Part shown: positions 30,761-48,529 of the stretch, piece by piece
How positions within the stretch are numbered: position 1 is the stretch's first letter
Layout of the letters: the number at the start of each line of letters is the position of its first letter
Origin: the human T2T-CHM13v2.0 reference genome, Homo sapiens
NCBI RefSeq assembly: GCF_009914755.1
Contig: NC_060932.1
Length of the DNA stretch: 64,000 nt
Reading direction: 5' to 3' (one strand)
Notes under the pieces: model-generated
Databases searched by the model: none
Told to the model about the DNA's origin: nothing
Seen by the model: the letters and a program-made list of their open reading frames with translations, nothing else
Translations under genes and position numbers: made by a program

Positions 30761-33160
30761 TATGAAGCAACCAGTGCTCTTAAACGGACTTTACATATAC
30801 CAGGATTTAGTCTTAACAAAATGTATGTGTATTATTATCCTCATGTCACTGATGAGGAAGCTGAAGCAGAAACATTGAGGATACTTACTGAGTCAAGGTA
30901 CGAGTAAGTGGTGGTCCCAAAATTCAAACAAAAACACAAGCTGCGGTCCCCACCTTCCTCACCGGTGACCACTCCTGCCTGGTGGGGTCCTGAGATCTAT
31001 GATCCAGCAATTTTAAGTTCATACCATTGGTTATGCATATTTATGATATATTATGCATCTTTCTTCCCTGATCCCTTAGATAGTTATGTGAATATTTTTA
31101 CTTATATTATAAAAAGTATTTAAGTTTAAAACTTTTAAGTGTTTTTATTGCCCATTGCCAGGTTTTTAAAACCGACAACTTCCAAATACTGAAATTATTG
31201 CATTGAGTTGTTTTTCATTGGTTAGTTTATTTTACAAGGTAATGTTTTCAGGAAGAGTATGTGGCTGCTTACAATCTCATGGTCCTATCATGTCTGACAC
31301 TACATTGTTGTTAGGTTACTCATGAATACTAACTTGTTTGCAAATAAAAAATTAGCTCCTATGCTTTTTACAAAAAAAAAGCAAAAAATAAAAAAGAATT
31401 TGATTAAGTATACTCTGATACATAAAAAATATAGGAAATAAATTCCATATTCTTGTTCCATTATTCTTTTTGCTTGTTTTCTGCAAAAATACTTGTAAAT
31501 TTACTTTTGCATTTTATTAATATTGTTAAAATTAACAGTTTCAACTAAGATCTATCTAGGGTTGTTTCTTTTTAAAGCTAGTTTGCCTCATATCCAATGA
31601 GTCATTTTGCAAACTCAAGTCCTTTTTTAGCTTAGAGAACTATTATTATTATTATTAAATTGATTTTTGTTTCTTTTCTTCAGCTTGTTGTGTCCTTTTA
31701 AAATTCCTATTATATGTAATGTATTCCTCTTTCTCCACTTTGTCATTCATTTCATCCTCCCTCTGACAATCTCATTGTCACTTTATCACTTTCCCCTTAC
31801 CTCATTTACTCACCAGGTATTTATTAAGAACCTGCCCTGTATCAGATATTACAATAGGCACTGGGAATAGAGGAGTGAAAGTCTAGGACATAGAACCTGC
31901 TTTCATAGAACCGATGATAGAACAAGGAAAACAGATGTAGAACAAGTCACCATAAGCACACTAGTAGAGGACATTTCTTACTCTGTTACCAACACAGCAA
32001 TCTTCGATGTCTATACCAACTGGTCTATCTATAAATTGAGCAGAAGGGTATGGAGCTCCTTTGCCAAGCCCAGGCTCCCTGCAATGTTCCTGCGGTTTCC
32101 CCTTTGCCTACTTAATCTTCCAATTTCATTATATTAATATTTTCTGTTAAACCAATTGGTGTACTTGCTGTTTTTCTGATGCATCCTGACTGATGCTGCC
32201 TGTCTTGTGGTTCAGTTTTCTGCAATATTCAATATGCTATTTACTGTCTCCATATTTATTTATATATTTCTAAATCAGCAGTTAGTTTCTTTCCTCATAG
32301 TGGCGGTTTCTTGATCTCAGATGTTATCCTATTTATAACTCTCTACTCTAGATTCTCAGTTGCTATTTCCTTTTGACTTTAAAGAACTAAAATTAGAAAT
32401 TATCTAAAAATATGCCTCTTGCTTCATGTCTTTTTAGAGGAAGAAATCTATTTTCGGTTCTATGGTTTGTTTCCTTCTCTTGTAGTATAATTCTTGTTAT
32501 ATGGCTAAGGATGTTTTCCCTACTATTAGAAATTGGATCAGTTCCTGTCCGTTTCTTTCAAGGCTTGGAGCTCATATAGGTGATTAAAGTGTTCAGATTG
32601 CCTATTCAGAAACAAATTAGACTGGGTGCCCTATGGTGAGAATCATAGCTATACCTCTGTGTCTAAAGAGTTTATTTCCATCATGTCTACTATATTTAGT
32701 AGCTAACTTGAATTTGTTGGTAAGTTTACCCTCCTTAGGATTCAAAAGTTTGCCCTCCTTAGTAGTCAGTGTCCTGGCACCAGTATCAGGTACAAGCCAG
32801 AACTAGGACTCCATGATACTTGTGTTTCTCACTTGGTATAATGATGTCTGATCATTACAGCTCCCTAACAGGTCGGCGGCCTGTTACCACTGTTGGATCC
32901 AGATATATATAGTGCCCTAGTTGTTCCCTGTCCCCCAGTCATTGCCTTTAATCTTTGTTCTTTTTATGTACACCTTTGGGAGGGAAATGTGTGTCTTGCT
33001 AGGACTCTTCCAGTCATTTCAAATGTCATTTGGAAAGAGCAGCAGGTTGGATTGGCCTTTTCTTCTACCCAATCTTGCCTATGTGAGATCTATTAGAAGT
33101 TCCTTGAAGTTTCTAGTTTATGAGTAATACCGTTTCCTAGGTCCCACTGTCAGTAGTTTT

Positions 33161-33163
<3 letters not shown>

Positions 33164-33204
<41 letters not shown>
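33164..33204. repeat. (CA)n microsatellite
   Basis: About 20 CA units. Confidence 0.95.
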
Positions 33205-33206
<2 letters not shown>

Positions 33207-33587
33207 TATGTAAATTATACAAACGTGTATAAATAGATATGTATGTATTTACTTACCTATTTTGCTGAGAGGCTGGAATGGGGAGAAAAAAAATGACATT
33301 TCTCCAGTTGTCTTTTCACCTGATAACTTAGTTAATGTAGTGGTGTGTAGATAGCCATAAACTAAGTATTTTTTTACATTTTCTATTTCTATTGATCAAA
33401 GAAAGGACACAAAAGTAGAATGTAAATAGAAATTTGCACTATATGTTTTCTATACTTTATCTGGCTGAATACAGATTAATTGGTGTCAAAATTGGGATGA
33501 CCATTTAGCAGCACTGAACAAAACTTCCTTCAGAAAACAAAGCAATGAAGGAAAAGGAAAACAAAAATAACAAACAAACCAAACAAA

Positions 33588-33904
33588 AGCCGGACACAGT
33601 GGCTCATGCCTGTAATCCAAGCATTTCGGGAGGCCAAGGCAGGAGGATCGGAGGAGGAGTTGGAGACCAGACTGGGCAACAAAGCAAGAAGTGACAATCT
33701 GCCCATTTCTACAGAAAATTTTTTAAAAAGTAGCCATGTGTGATGTCACACACCTGTAGCCCTAGCTACTTGGGAAGCTGAGGTGGGAGGATAGCTTGAG
33801 CCTGGAAAGGTCAAGGTTACGGTGAGCTATGTTCACACCATTGCATTCCAGCCTGGGCGGGAGCAAGGCCTTATCTCCAAAACAAAACAAACAAACAAAA
33901 AAAA
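33588..33904 (+). mobile_element. AluJ
   Basis: Degenerate dimer with J-type diagnostics. Confidence 0.88.
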
Positions 33905-35670
33905 CAGCTCCTTCATCAGCAAACTGACATCTTATATGTTAAAGTCACTCTTGCTCTATGATAGACTAATTTTGATATAGTTCTGATAAATAACCAAGTC
34001 ATATGGAGGAAGGATTTTTGACCCAAAGATCCCTTGTGAGACAGCAGAGGAGAATTGTGTGGGAAGCGTGAGATTTTTCATTCTGGGTTTATTCACAGAA
34101 CCTTCACAGTTTTGTTATCAGGTATGTGACCTTCATCATACTTGGAGTCAGAAGTCCTGAATCAAACGGGCTGTGGCAATTTACGGTTCCCGGATAGAGG
34201 GAAGCTGGCTTTAAAACTCAGGGGACAGCAGAGAAATGAGAGAATGGATCTTGTCACCCACCTGCAGTTCAAGTTGTTTTAAGATCTTTGCCTTATATAT
34301 ACTCATGAAGACCTCCGAATATGTAGCACTGCTACTAACAAAAGACATTGGTTGCCTCTGGGAGGGAAAGCATTAAGAGTAAAATTCGGAGGAAAGTGAA
34401 TACATGGCTTGCCGTGCTTGTTATTCATTGAGTGTTTTTGACTTGCTAAAGGCAAGTTTAATGTATTTATACAATTTATAAAGATGTAACTGATTCTGGA
34501 GCTCTCCTCTTTACAGAGAACATATTTCATGTTATTGTAAGCACTGAAGAAAATTAAATCAATAAATTCACAGCCTGTAATTTGAGATACTCAATTTGAA
34601 GAAAAATGCATTGTCAGGGAGGGAGGGCAAAATCTTTTACATTGAGGAAGACTTGTAAACAACCTGTCTTTGCCCTACTATCCTGTGCTTTCAAGTGGCA
34701 GCAAGAATTACCCTCGTTCTGCAAGATTATCAAAGAGTTGTCATGACACCTCGAGAGAAGTAAAGGCCAACTCCCCACCTTTTTTTAATGAAGCGTGTGC
34801 TCAAGTGGAAAGCAATGCAAATGAAACTCTTCTGCACTGTCCATCTATGTCCTTTTCCCTGAGAAGGCTTTGCTGGTTAACACTCAGCCTGGGTGTCAGG
34901 AAGCTTAGTGCATTGTTCCCCATCACTGGCATCGATGCTCTCTGTGACCACTGGCAAGCGAATTAACCTCTGCAAGTGTCATCCTTCCATGTGTAAAAGG
35001 TTAATAGTACAGCTTGTTTGCAAAGTGCCTGGAGCCTTCCATGAAGGGCACTACCCAAATACCCAGCATTGCTGTTTGACTGGAGGGCGTTGTGTTTTGT
35101 AATTATATGTTTGGTTGGATAGGTTATAGATTTTGTTGTGGTTGAATGTTGCCCCTTCTCCCTGGTTACAAATAAAAAGACTAATAGGTAATCTCACTCT
35201 ATTAGCATCTTCTAGAGCCCCCTAGAGGGTTAAGGGAATGGCAGAGGTTACAGATTAATAATGCACTCTTCAGTTAATAGAAAAAAATCATGTGCATCTC
35301 AACTGCATAATAGCTGTGGATGGCAATTTATTAGTCCAAGTGTTTCATCAGATGCTCAGCAGATAATGCTGGCAAAGACTCATGAAACAATGGGGTGTTC
35401 TGTGTTTTTTTTTCCTACTCTCCTAGTTATTTATTTCATCCTTCACATCAATATAGGACATCAGAAACTGTTTTGTCCAGGTTATTTCACATGCATTTAT
35501 GAATATTTGGAAAAACGATTCTCTTATTCTAGAATTCCTGGAACAAGTGACTTATTTTTGTGTGTGTGTGTCTAGGTTGTGATATTAAGCTCACTTTTTT
35601 TGTACTTGGACCAAATTTGAATAACACTAGACTTGAAACAAAGTGTCACCTATCTCATGCTTCTTTGCAG

Positions 35671-35774
35671 ATTTACGGAAAAACTTTGAACAAGACCCAC
35701 AAGGAAGGGAAGTTCCCATTGAAGGCATGATTGTACTGCACTGCCGCCCACCAGAGGGAGTCCCTGCTGCCGAG
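35671..35774 (+). CDS. UNC5D: Netrin receptor UNC5D coding exon (probably exon 4; start of second Ig domain)
   Basis: ttctttgcag acceptor, GAG|gtaaga donor. 104 bp, phase 1-0. Joins the previous exon in frame (T+AT = Tyr) and reads (Y)[34 protein letters not shown]. Confidence 0.96.
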
Positions 35775-36573
35775 GTAAGACAGGATCCTGGGACCAGTCA
35801 CCGGGAGGAACCAGGCCTGTTCCCAAGAGGGAGGGCGGAGTCCTGTGTGGCTGGAAGGGAAGTAAAGGAGCCCATGTCTGGGATTCTTGTTGCCTGGGCT
35901 CAGTTGCTAAACACGGTGAAGAAATTGTCTAGGAAATAAGCTAGAAAGGAACTTGTCTCCCATCTACTTCTGTGTTTGCACAAGGCCCTTGGTAGGCAGC
36001 CTGGGTAGGATTTGACCTGTCTTCTTGGTTCTGGGGACCTTGAATCATGCAGGTGTCATTCTTTCTGTCCTCAGTCAAGATCTTCTGATATGCATATTGG
36101 CTTATGGAACAAATCTGAGCTGTAACAGGCAAACACACATGAAAAAGCCCATAGGAAAGGTCAGAAGACCCAGTCCCAGTGTCACTGGTGTTTGTTCATC
36201 CTTCACTTTTTTGTGGAACAAGCATTCATTTATTGAGTGTTTGTTATGTTTTCTGCACTGTGCAGGCATTAGGGATATAAAAAATGATGAAGCCACAGGC
36301 CTCTGATCTGTTATCCTTCCTTCACAGCGAGGTGTCTAGAATCCAGAGTCACAATGTTTTTTGCTTCTTGAATGTTTTCTAGAACTTCTACCTTACTATT
36401 CGAATATAATTGTCCCTGGTAATGCACTCTGGTCATAGGAAAGTCTTTCTAAATCTTTTATTCACAATGAAAAGATGACCCCTGATAGACTAGTAATATA
36501 GCTATTATTGGAGGAAAAATACTAAGAAGTATAAGGCATGCTTAATATAATGAAAAGTTTATAAATTTAGGCC

Positions 36574-37052
36574 CGTGAAGCCCGAAAATTTGAGAGAGGT
36601 CTCAGTTAATTTATAAAGTTTATTTTGCCAAGGTTGAGGATGCGTGCCCATGACACAGCCTCGGGAGGTCCTGACGACATGTGCCCAATGTGGTCAGAGC
36701 ACAGTTTGGTTTTATACATTTTAGGGAGACATGAGACATCAATCAACATATGTAAGACAAACATTGGTTCAGGTCCAGGAAAAGCTGGACAACTGGAAGC
36801 AAAGGTGGGATAACTCCCCTGGAAGCAGGGAGGGGGCTTCCAGGTCACAGGTAGATAAGGGACAAATGGTTATATTCTTTTGAGTTTCTGATTAGCCTCT
36901 CCAAAGGATGCGATCAGATATGCATTTATCTCAGTGAGCAGAGGGGTGACTTTGAATTGAATGGGAGGCAGGTTGGCCCTAAGCGGTTCCCAGCTTGACT
37001 TTTCCCTTTAGCTTAGTGATTTGGGGGCCCCAAGGTTTATTTTCCTTTCACA
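36574..37052 (-). mobile_element. ERV1 solo LTR, MER4A/MER4A1-like
   Basis: Reverse complement starts tgtgaaaggaaaataaa; contains 'gtttattttgccaaggttgagg..gacacagcctc.ggaggtcctgacgacatgtgccc'. 4-bp TSD ggcc at 36570-36573 and 37053-37056. Confidence 0.85.
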
Positions 37053-38509
37053 GGCCTGAGTTCAGCAGCACATGGTCCAGGTTTGACTCTTCTATGGGAA
37101 GCTAGGAAACAGTGTTTAGAGCTATTGTTTATTCATGGAGAAGCAGATATACAAAGAAAAAGAAAAAACCAGGAGGCTTTGCTTCATATTTTAGTAAAAT
37201 TGGGATTTTGTAATTGGCAGGACAAAAAAGGAGATAAAATAAAGGGGAATGAAAAAACACACATACTTGCATATTTAGAAAGCATGCTGGGTGGACACTA
37301 TTCAAAGCTCAAATGGCTCACAGAAATGAAGTAAACGGACTTGAAAATTAAAGTGAACACTCCATGCATGATGTAAAATGATTAGAAAGGAAAATGCTTA
37401 TTTAAAAATTTTTTATTGAATGTCAAACAAAAAAGATATTGATCTCCTTTTGCTGCCCTATTGTTTCCTACAAACAGCATGCCCTCCTTTCCTGAACAGG
37501 GTGTTAAGTGTCAGGCAAGGGACTGTATCCCTCTCATTTAGGACATCGCATGTGTTCCTAGGAGCCTAACAGAGGTATCAGCAGTTCTCTACATTCAGTG
37601 CCCATCTTTCAAAAATCCCAGTTTACAAATGTTTTATGCATAAAAATGTCTAGGCTCTGTAGTGCCAGCTGTGTGAGTGTCCCCTGGTACACCCATGTTT
37701 CCTTCTGGTTCTGTGCCGGGTCACTACCATTGACTTTGGCAGCAGCAGAGAGGGGTGCTAATGTTTTGATTAGCCATCAGCCTGTAGGAACTTCGCATAC
37801 TCTAGGTCTCTATTGATCTACTTTTTTTTCAGATGGAAGATAACTTAGATATTTACTGGCATAACCTTTGCATTTTAGAAGCAGGAAAACTGATGCTTGT
37901 ATTAGTGACCAACCAAAGGTCTTGCAGCCATTTAAGGGCTCTGTTCAAAATCCTGCAAAGCTACTCCAAAGCACTCCAGGTAAATGTCTATGTTCTTATA
38001 GTGCTTTACAAGATTCAACATAATCTGGCCTGGTGTGACCTTATATATTTTATTTGACTGTGCACTTGACTGCGCTACAGTCACCCTGGCCCCTTCAATC
38101 TCTCTCAGATGCACCAGCCATGCTCCTACCCCAGGGCCTTTGAATGTGCTGGCCTCTCTGCTGGAGGGCTCTTCCCCAGTTCTCACACTGCTTTGTCCCA
38201 TCTTTCTTAAAGGCTTACTCAGATATCACTTGCTCAGTAAGGCCTGCTCTGTACACTCTGCAAATGTTGCAAATATTTGCTTCCCCCACTCCACCTTTTC
38301 CCTGCTTTATCCCAGCAATTTATCCTACTAGGTATATACTTTCTTTTTACCTGTTATCACAAGCATACTGTATTTACTTTGCTTATTTCTCTCTACCCCA
38401 CTGAAACTTAAATTCAGTGAGGGAAATTTGTGCTTACTCTTCTTCATTGCTGTATCCTCAGAACATGAAGCAGTGCTGCTCAAGGCTATTTTCAGAAAGG
38501 TGAAAGATT

Positions 38510-39632
<1,123 letters not shown>

Positions 39633-40309
39633 ACATGCTTCTCACATCCAGGTGTTCAATAAATACTTATTGAATATGAAGGGAAATTAGTCTGCTAATT
39701 ATATTGATGAATATTTAAGGTTATCCCAGGGTTAGCCCTACACAAAATGTAAAATGCATTAGACAACATTTTGGCTTTGTTTTGTTTTGTCTTTCTCTCA
39801 TGATTGGGTACTAACAGGTGAAGAAAACATTCCTACCTGCTTTTTTTCCATATATGCAAATATAAATTTATTAACTCAATCACTAGTCCTACAACTAAAG
39901 AAATAAAAATATATTTTCTTTTTTTATTATTATTATACTTTAAGTTTTAGGGTACATGTGCACAACGTGCAGGTTAGTTACATAAGTATACATGCGCCAT
40001 GTTGGTGTGCTGCACCCATTAACTCGTCATTTAGCATTAGGTATATCTCCTAATACTATCCCTCCCTCCTCCCCCAACCCCACAACAGTCCCTGGTGTGT
40101 GATGTTCCCCTTCCTGTGTCCATGTGTTCTCATTGTTCAATTCCCACCTATGAGTGAGAACATGAGGTGTTTGGTTTTTTGTCCTTGGGATAGTTTGCTG
40201 AGAATGATGGTTTCCAGCTTCATCCATGTCCCTACAAAGGACATGAACTCATCATTTTTTATGGCTGCATAGTATTCCATGGTGTATATGAGCCACATTT
40301 TCTTAATCT

Positions 40310-44215
<3,906 letters not shown>

Positions 44216-44263
44216 TTATTTTGCTTGTTAGTTGATGCAGTTTCTTCGTAGCCTTGAGGGTCT

Positions 44264-45280
44264 TTACAATTTGGCATGTTTTTGCAGTGGCTGGTACCGG
44301 TTGTTCCTTTCCATGTTTAGTGCTTCATTCAGGAGCTCTTTTAGGGCAGGTCTGGTGGTGACAAAATCTCTCAGCATTTGCTTGTCTGTAAAGGATTTTA
44401 TTTCTCCTTCACTTATGAAGCTTAGTTTGGCTGGATATGAAATTCTGGGTTGAAAATTCTTTTCTTTAAGAATGTGGAATATTGGCCCCCACCCTCTTCT
44501 GGCTTGTAGAGTTTCTGCGGAGAGATCAGCTGTTAGTCTGATGGGCTTCCCTTTGAGGGTAACCCGACCTTTCTCTCTGGCTGCCCTTAACATTTTTTCC
44601 TTCATTTCAACTTTGGTGAATCTGACAATTGTGTGTCTTGGAGTTGCTCTCCTCGAGGAGTATCTTTGTGGCATTCTCTGTATTTCCTGAATTTGAATGT
44701 TGGCCTGCCTTGCTAGATTGGGGATGTTCTCCTGGATAATATCCTGCAGAGTGTTTTCCAGCTTGGTTCCATTCTCCCCGTCACTTTCAGGTATACCAAT
44801 TAGACGTAGATTTGGTCTTTTCACATAGTCCCATATTTCTTGGAGGCTTTGTTCGTTTCTTTTTATTCTTTTTTCTCTAAACTTCTCTTCATGATTCATT
44901 TCATTCATTTTGTCTTCCATCACTGATACCTTTTCTTCCAGTTGATCGCATCAGTTACTGAGGCTTGTGCATTCGTCACGTAGTTCTCGTGCCATGGTTT
45001 TCAGCTCCATCAGGTCCTTTAAGGACTTCTCTGCATTGGTTATTCTAGTTTTCCATTTGTCTAATTTTTTTTCAAAGTTTTTAACTTCTTCACCATTGGT
45101 TCAAACTTCCTCCTTTAGCTCAGAGTAGTTTGATCTTCTGAGGCCTTCCTCTCTCAACTCGTTAAAGTCATTCTCCGTCCAGCTTTGTTCCGTTGCTGGT
45201 GAGGAGCTGCGTTCCTTTGGAGGAGGAGAGAAGCTCTGCTTTTTAGAGTTTCCGGTTTTTCTGTTCTGTTTTTTCCCCAT
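44264..45280 (-). pseudogene. L1 ORF1p, disrupted
   Basis: ATG at 45280 (MGKKQNRKTGNSK). In-frame TGA near 44951-44953 where consensus has CGA; C-terminal 219 aa remain open. Confidence 0.88.
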
Positions 45281-46041
45281 CTTTGTGGTTTTATCTACCT
45301 TTGTTCTTTGATGATGGTGATGTACAGATGGGTTTTTGGTGTGGATGTCCTTTCTGTTTGTTAGTTTTCCTTCTAACAGTCAGGACTCTCAGCTGCAGGT
45401 CTGTTGGGGTTTACTGGAGGTCCACTCCAGACTCTGTTTGCCTGGGTATCAGCAGCGGTGGCTGCAGAACAGCAGATGTTGGTGAACCGCAAATGCTGCT
45501 GCCTGATCGTTCCTCTGGAAGTTTTGTCTCAGAGGAGTACCTGGCCGTATGAGGTGTCAGTCCACCCCTACTGGGGGTTGCCTCTCAGTTAGGCTACTTG
45601 GCGGTCAGGGACCCACTTGAGGAGGCAGTCTACCTGTTCTCAGATCTCAAGCTGTGTGCTGGGAGAACCACTACTCTCTTCAAAGCTGTCAGACAGGGAC
45701 ATTTAAGTCTGCAGAGGTTATTGCTGTCTTTTGTTTGTCTGTGCCCTGCCCCCAGAGGTGGAGCCTACAGAGGCAGGCAGGCCTCCTTGAGCTGTGGTGG
45801 GCTCTACCCATATATGCAAATATAAATTTATTAACTCAATCACTAGTTCTACAACTAAAGAAATAAAAATTTATTTTCACTTCAAGTTTGATTAACTTTT
45901 AATAGTAAAGAGCACCTCAATACAATATTTAGACATTTGGCTGATTGTTAAACATTAACTAAAATGGAGCTTTTCCTGAGACAGTGTTGCCACGCTTTTA
46001 AATTAATAGACATTAGGTGAAACTATTTTGAATTTATATAA

Positions 46042-46401
<360 letters not shown>

Positions 46402-46544
46402 CAGTTTCCTTTTTTTGTAATTACAACTTACATGAATGTGGTACATCCCGTACAATGACCGAACCAATATTGATACATTCTTATTAAGGAGAGTCTGGAG
46501 TTTGCATTAAGGTTCACTCTGTGCTGTTGTCTATGGCTTTCTTT

Positions 46545-46775
46545 AAATTTCATTTCAAGTTCAAGAGTACATGTGCAGGTTTATTATATGGGTAAATTGC
46601 ATGTCACAAGAGTTTGGTGTACAGATTATTTCATCACTCAGGTGATAAACATAGTACCCCACAGGTAGCTTCTTGATCCTCTTCCTCCTCCCACCCTCTC
46701 CCCTCGAGTAGACCCCAATGTCTATCATTCCTTTCTTTGTGTCCATGTGTTCTCAGTGTTTAGCTCCCACTTACC
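46545..46775 (-). mobile_element. Older L1PA 3'-end fragment
   Basis: gtacatgtgcaggtttattatatgggtaaattgcatgtc...tttagctcccactta. Confidence 0.8.
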
Positions 46776-47614
46776 ACCCCCACTGCTTGTTGAAGACATA
46801 AATTTAAAAAAGAAAGAACAAAAGAGAGAAGAATAAAGGATGTGCAGTCTGGTAAGATAGCAGCCAAAAGCAAAAATACATTTTGTTTCATAAATGCACA
46901 CATGAGTGTGCATACCCAGCCACCCACACTGAAGCATCTTTTGAGAGAATGCAGGGGACTTATGAATTATAGGAACTCTGTGGCTGTTCAGGACTGAGAT
47001 TGGTAGAGGATTCCTATGAGAGGACAGGCTGGCTTCTAGGAGGTGAGCAGCATGCCCATCTGTTCAGTTATTTAGAGGCTGAACTCTGGTGAATGCTTGG
47101 AAGCAGCTCTTTACACATCCCTACCTGTTTCTTGCCCCAGCACCCTACACTTGAAGGCAAATGAGCTCTGTAGACTGGCTCAGCCCCTTTCTTCATTTGC
47201 TTCTGAGGGTGCTTTTCAGCTGTAACCACAAGGAGGAGAGCAAGATATGAAAAACTTTCAGTGGCAGCGCAGTCCAATGTCAGTGAAAAAAATATTTGGG
47301 AGAGCTGTGGAACGAGGGAACAAAATATAGATGTATCAGAAAGCACGTTTTCTTTTCTGGTATCTACCTTTTCTGACACATTTCCAAATTGTAGTTACTC
47401 ACTTCCTATATTAGTTTCCCAGGCTGCTGTAATAAATTACCACCACTGAGGAGGCTTGAAACAGCAGAAGTTTATTTTCCAACAGTTCTGGGGTAGAAGT
47501 CTGAAATCCAACAGCATTAATTCCTTCTGGGGCTCTGAAAGAGAAACTGTTCCATGCTTCTCTCCTAGATGCTGCTAGTTATTGGCAATCTTTGGTGTCC
47601 CTTGGCTTGTATAC

Positions 47615-48016
47615 TGATATGATTGTGCTTTGTGTCGTCATCCAAATTTCATCTTGAATTGTAATCCCCCATAATCCCCATGTGTCAAGGCAGAGACCAG
47701 GTGGAGATCATTGAATCATGTGGACAGTTTCCCCCATGCTGGTCTCATGATAGTGAGTGAGTTCTCACGATATTTAATAGTTTTATAAGGGGCTTTTTTC
47801 CTCTTTGATGGGCACATTTTTGTAAAGGGCTTTTTTCCTCTTTGATGGGCACTTCTCCTTCCTGCTGTCTTGTGAAGAGGTACCTTGCTTCCCCTTCTTC
47901 CCTCCCCAGCCATGAGGAACTATGAGTCAAATAAACTTCTTTCCTTTATAAATTAACCCTAACCCTAACCCCTAACCCTAACCCTAACCCTAGCAGTATG
48001 AAAATGGATTAATACA
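47615..48016 (+). mobile_element. THE1/MST-type MaLR solo LTR
   Basis: tgatatg...ccaaatttcatcttgaattgtaatccc...ccccatgctggtctcatgatagtgagtgagttctcacga...taataca. Confidence 0.85.
47954..47992. repeat. Short interstitial telomeric repeat (TAACCC)6
   Basis: taaccc taaccc taacccc taaccc taaccc taaccc ta. Confidence 0.95.
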
Positions 48017-48529
48017 TAGATACGTCACTCAGTCTCTTCCTCCACCGATTGCAGCTTCACATGGTGTTCTCCTCTCTGTGTCTTTGAATTTCTTCTTATA
48101 AGGACACCAGCCATTAGACTATGGCTGACTGTAATCCTGCATGGCCTCATACTTTATATTCTGCATCATAAAGCATCTGCAAAGACCCAATTACCAAATA
48201 AGATCAGGTTCCCAGGTTCCAAATCAACATGAATGTCTGGGGACTGCTATTTAGCCCAGTACACTTCCGATTCTACCTCTGGCATCATATCACTTTTTTA
48301 TTTTAAAAATGTATATGCTTTTTGGAATAAATTTCAGACACAGACTAGCTGAAATTAAACAGAAACTAATTCCAAGGAGCAGCTGGGGCTTTAGGGTAGT
48401 TTAAAACAGAAATTCTCGGCTGAGAAGGGGCAAAAGCCTTGTTTTATAAATGTTGTATTATAGATGAATATGGAAAGTATTTCAGCTACATTAAGGGTTA
48501 AATAGGCTATTGATGCCTTAGCAAACATT

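Larger units (their letters stand above)
47408..48262 (-). mobile_element. MLT1-type MaLR LTR, split by a younger LTR
   Basis: tattagtttccc..gctgctgtaataaattaccac..; ..cttataaggacaccag..catctgcaaagaccc.. Confidence 0.75.

Noticed and set aside
35643-35939. 98-aa ORF as a standalone gene
   Set aside because: Only 35671-35774 is UNC5D exon; the rest is intronic read-through past the splice sites.
47954-47992. Telomeric array as a chromosome end or fusion site
   Set aside because: Only 6 units in a single orientation, with LTR sequence continuing on both sides.
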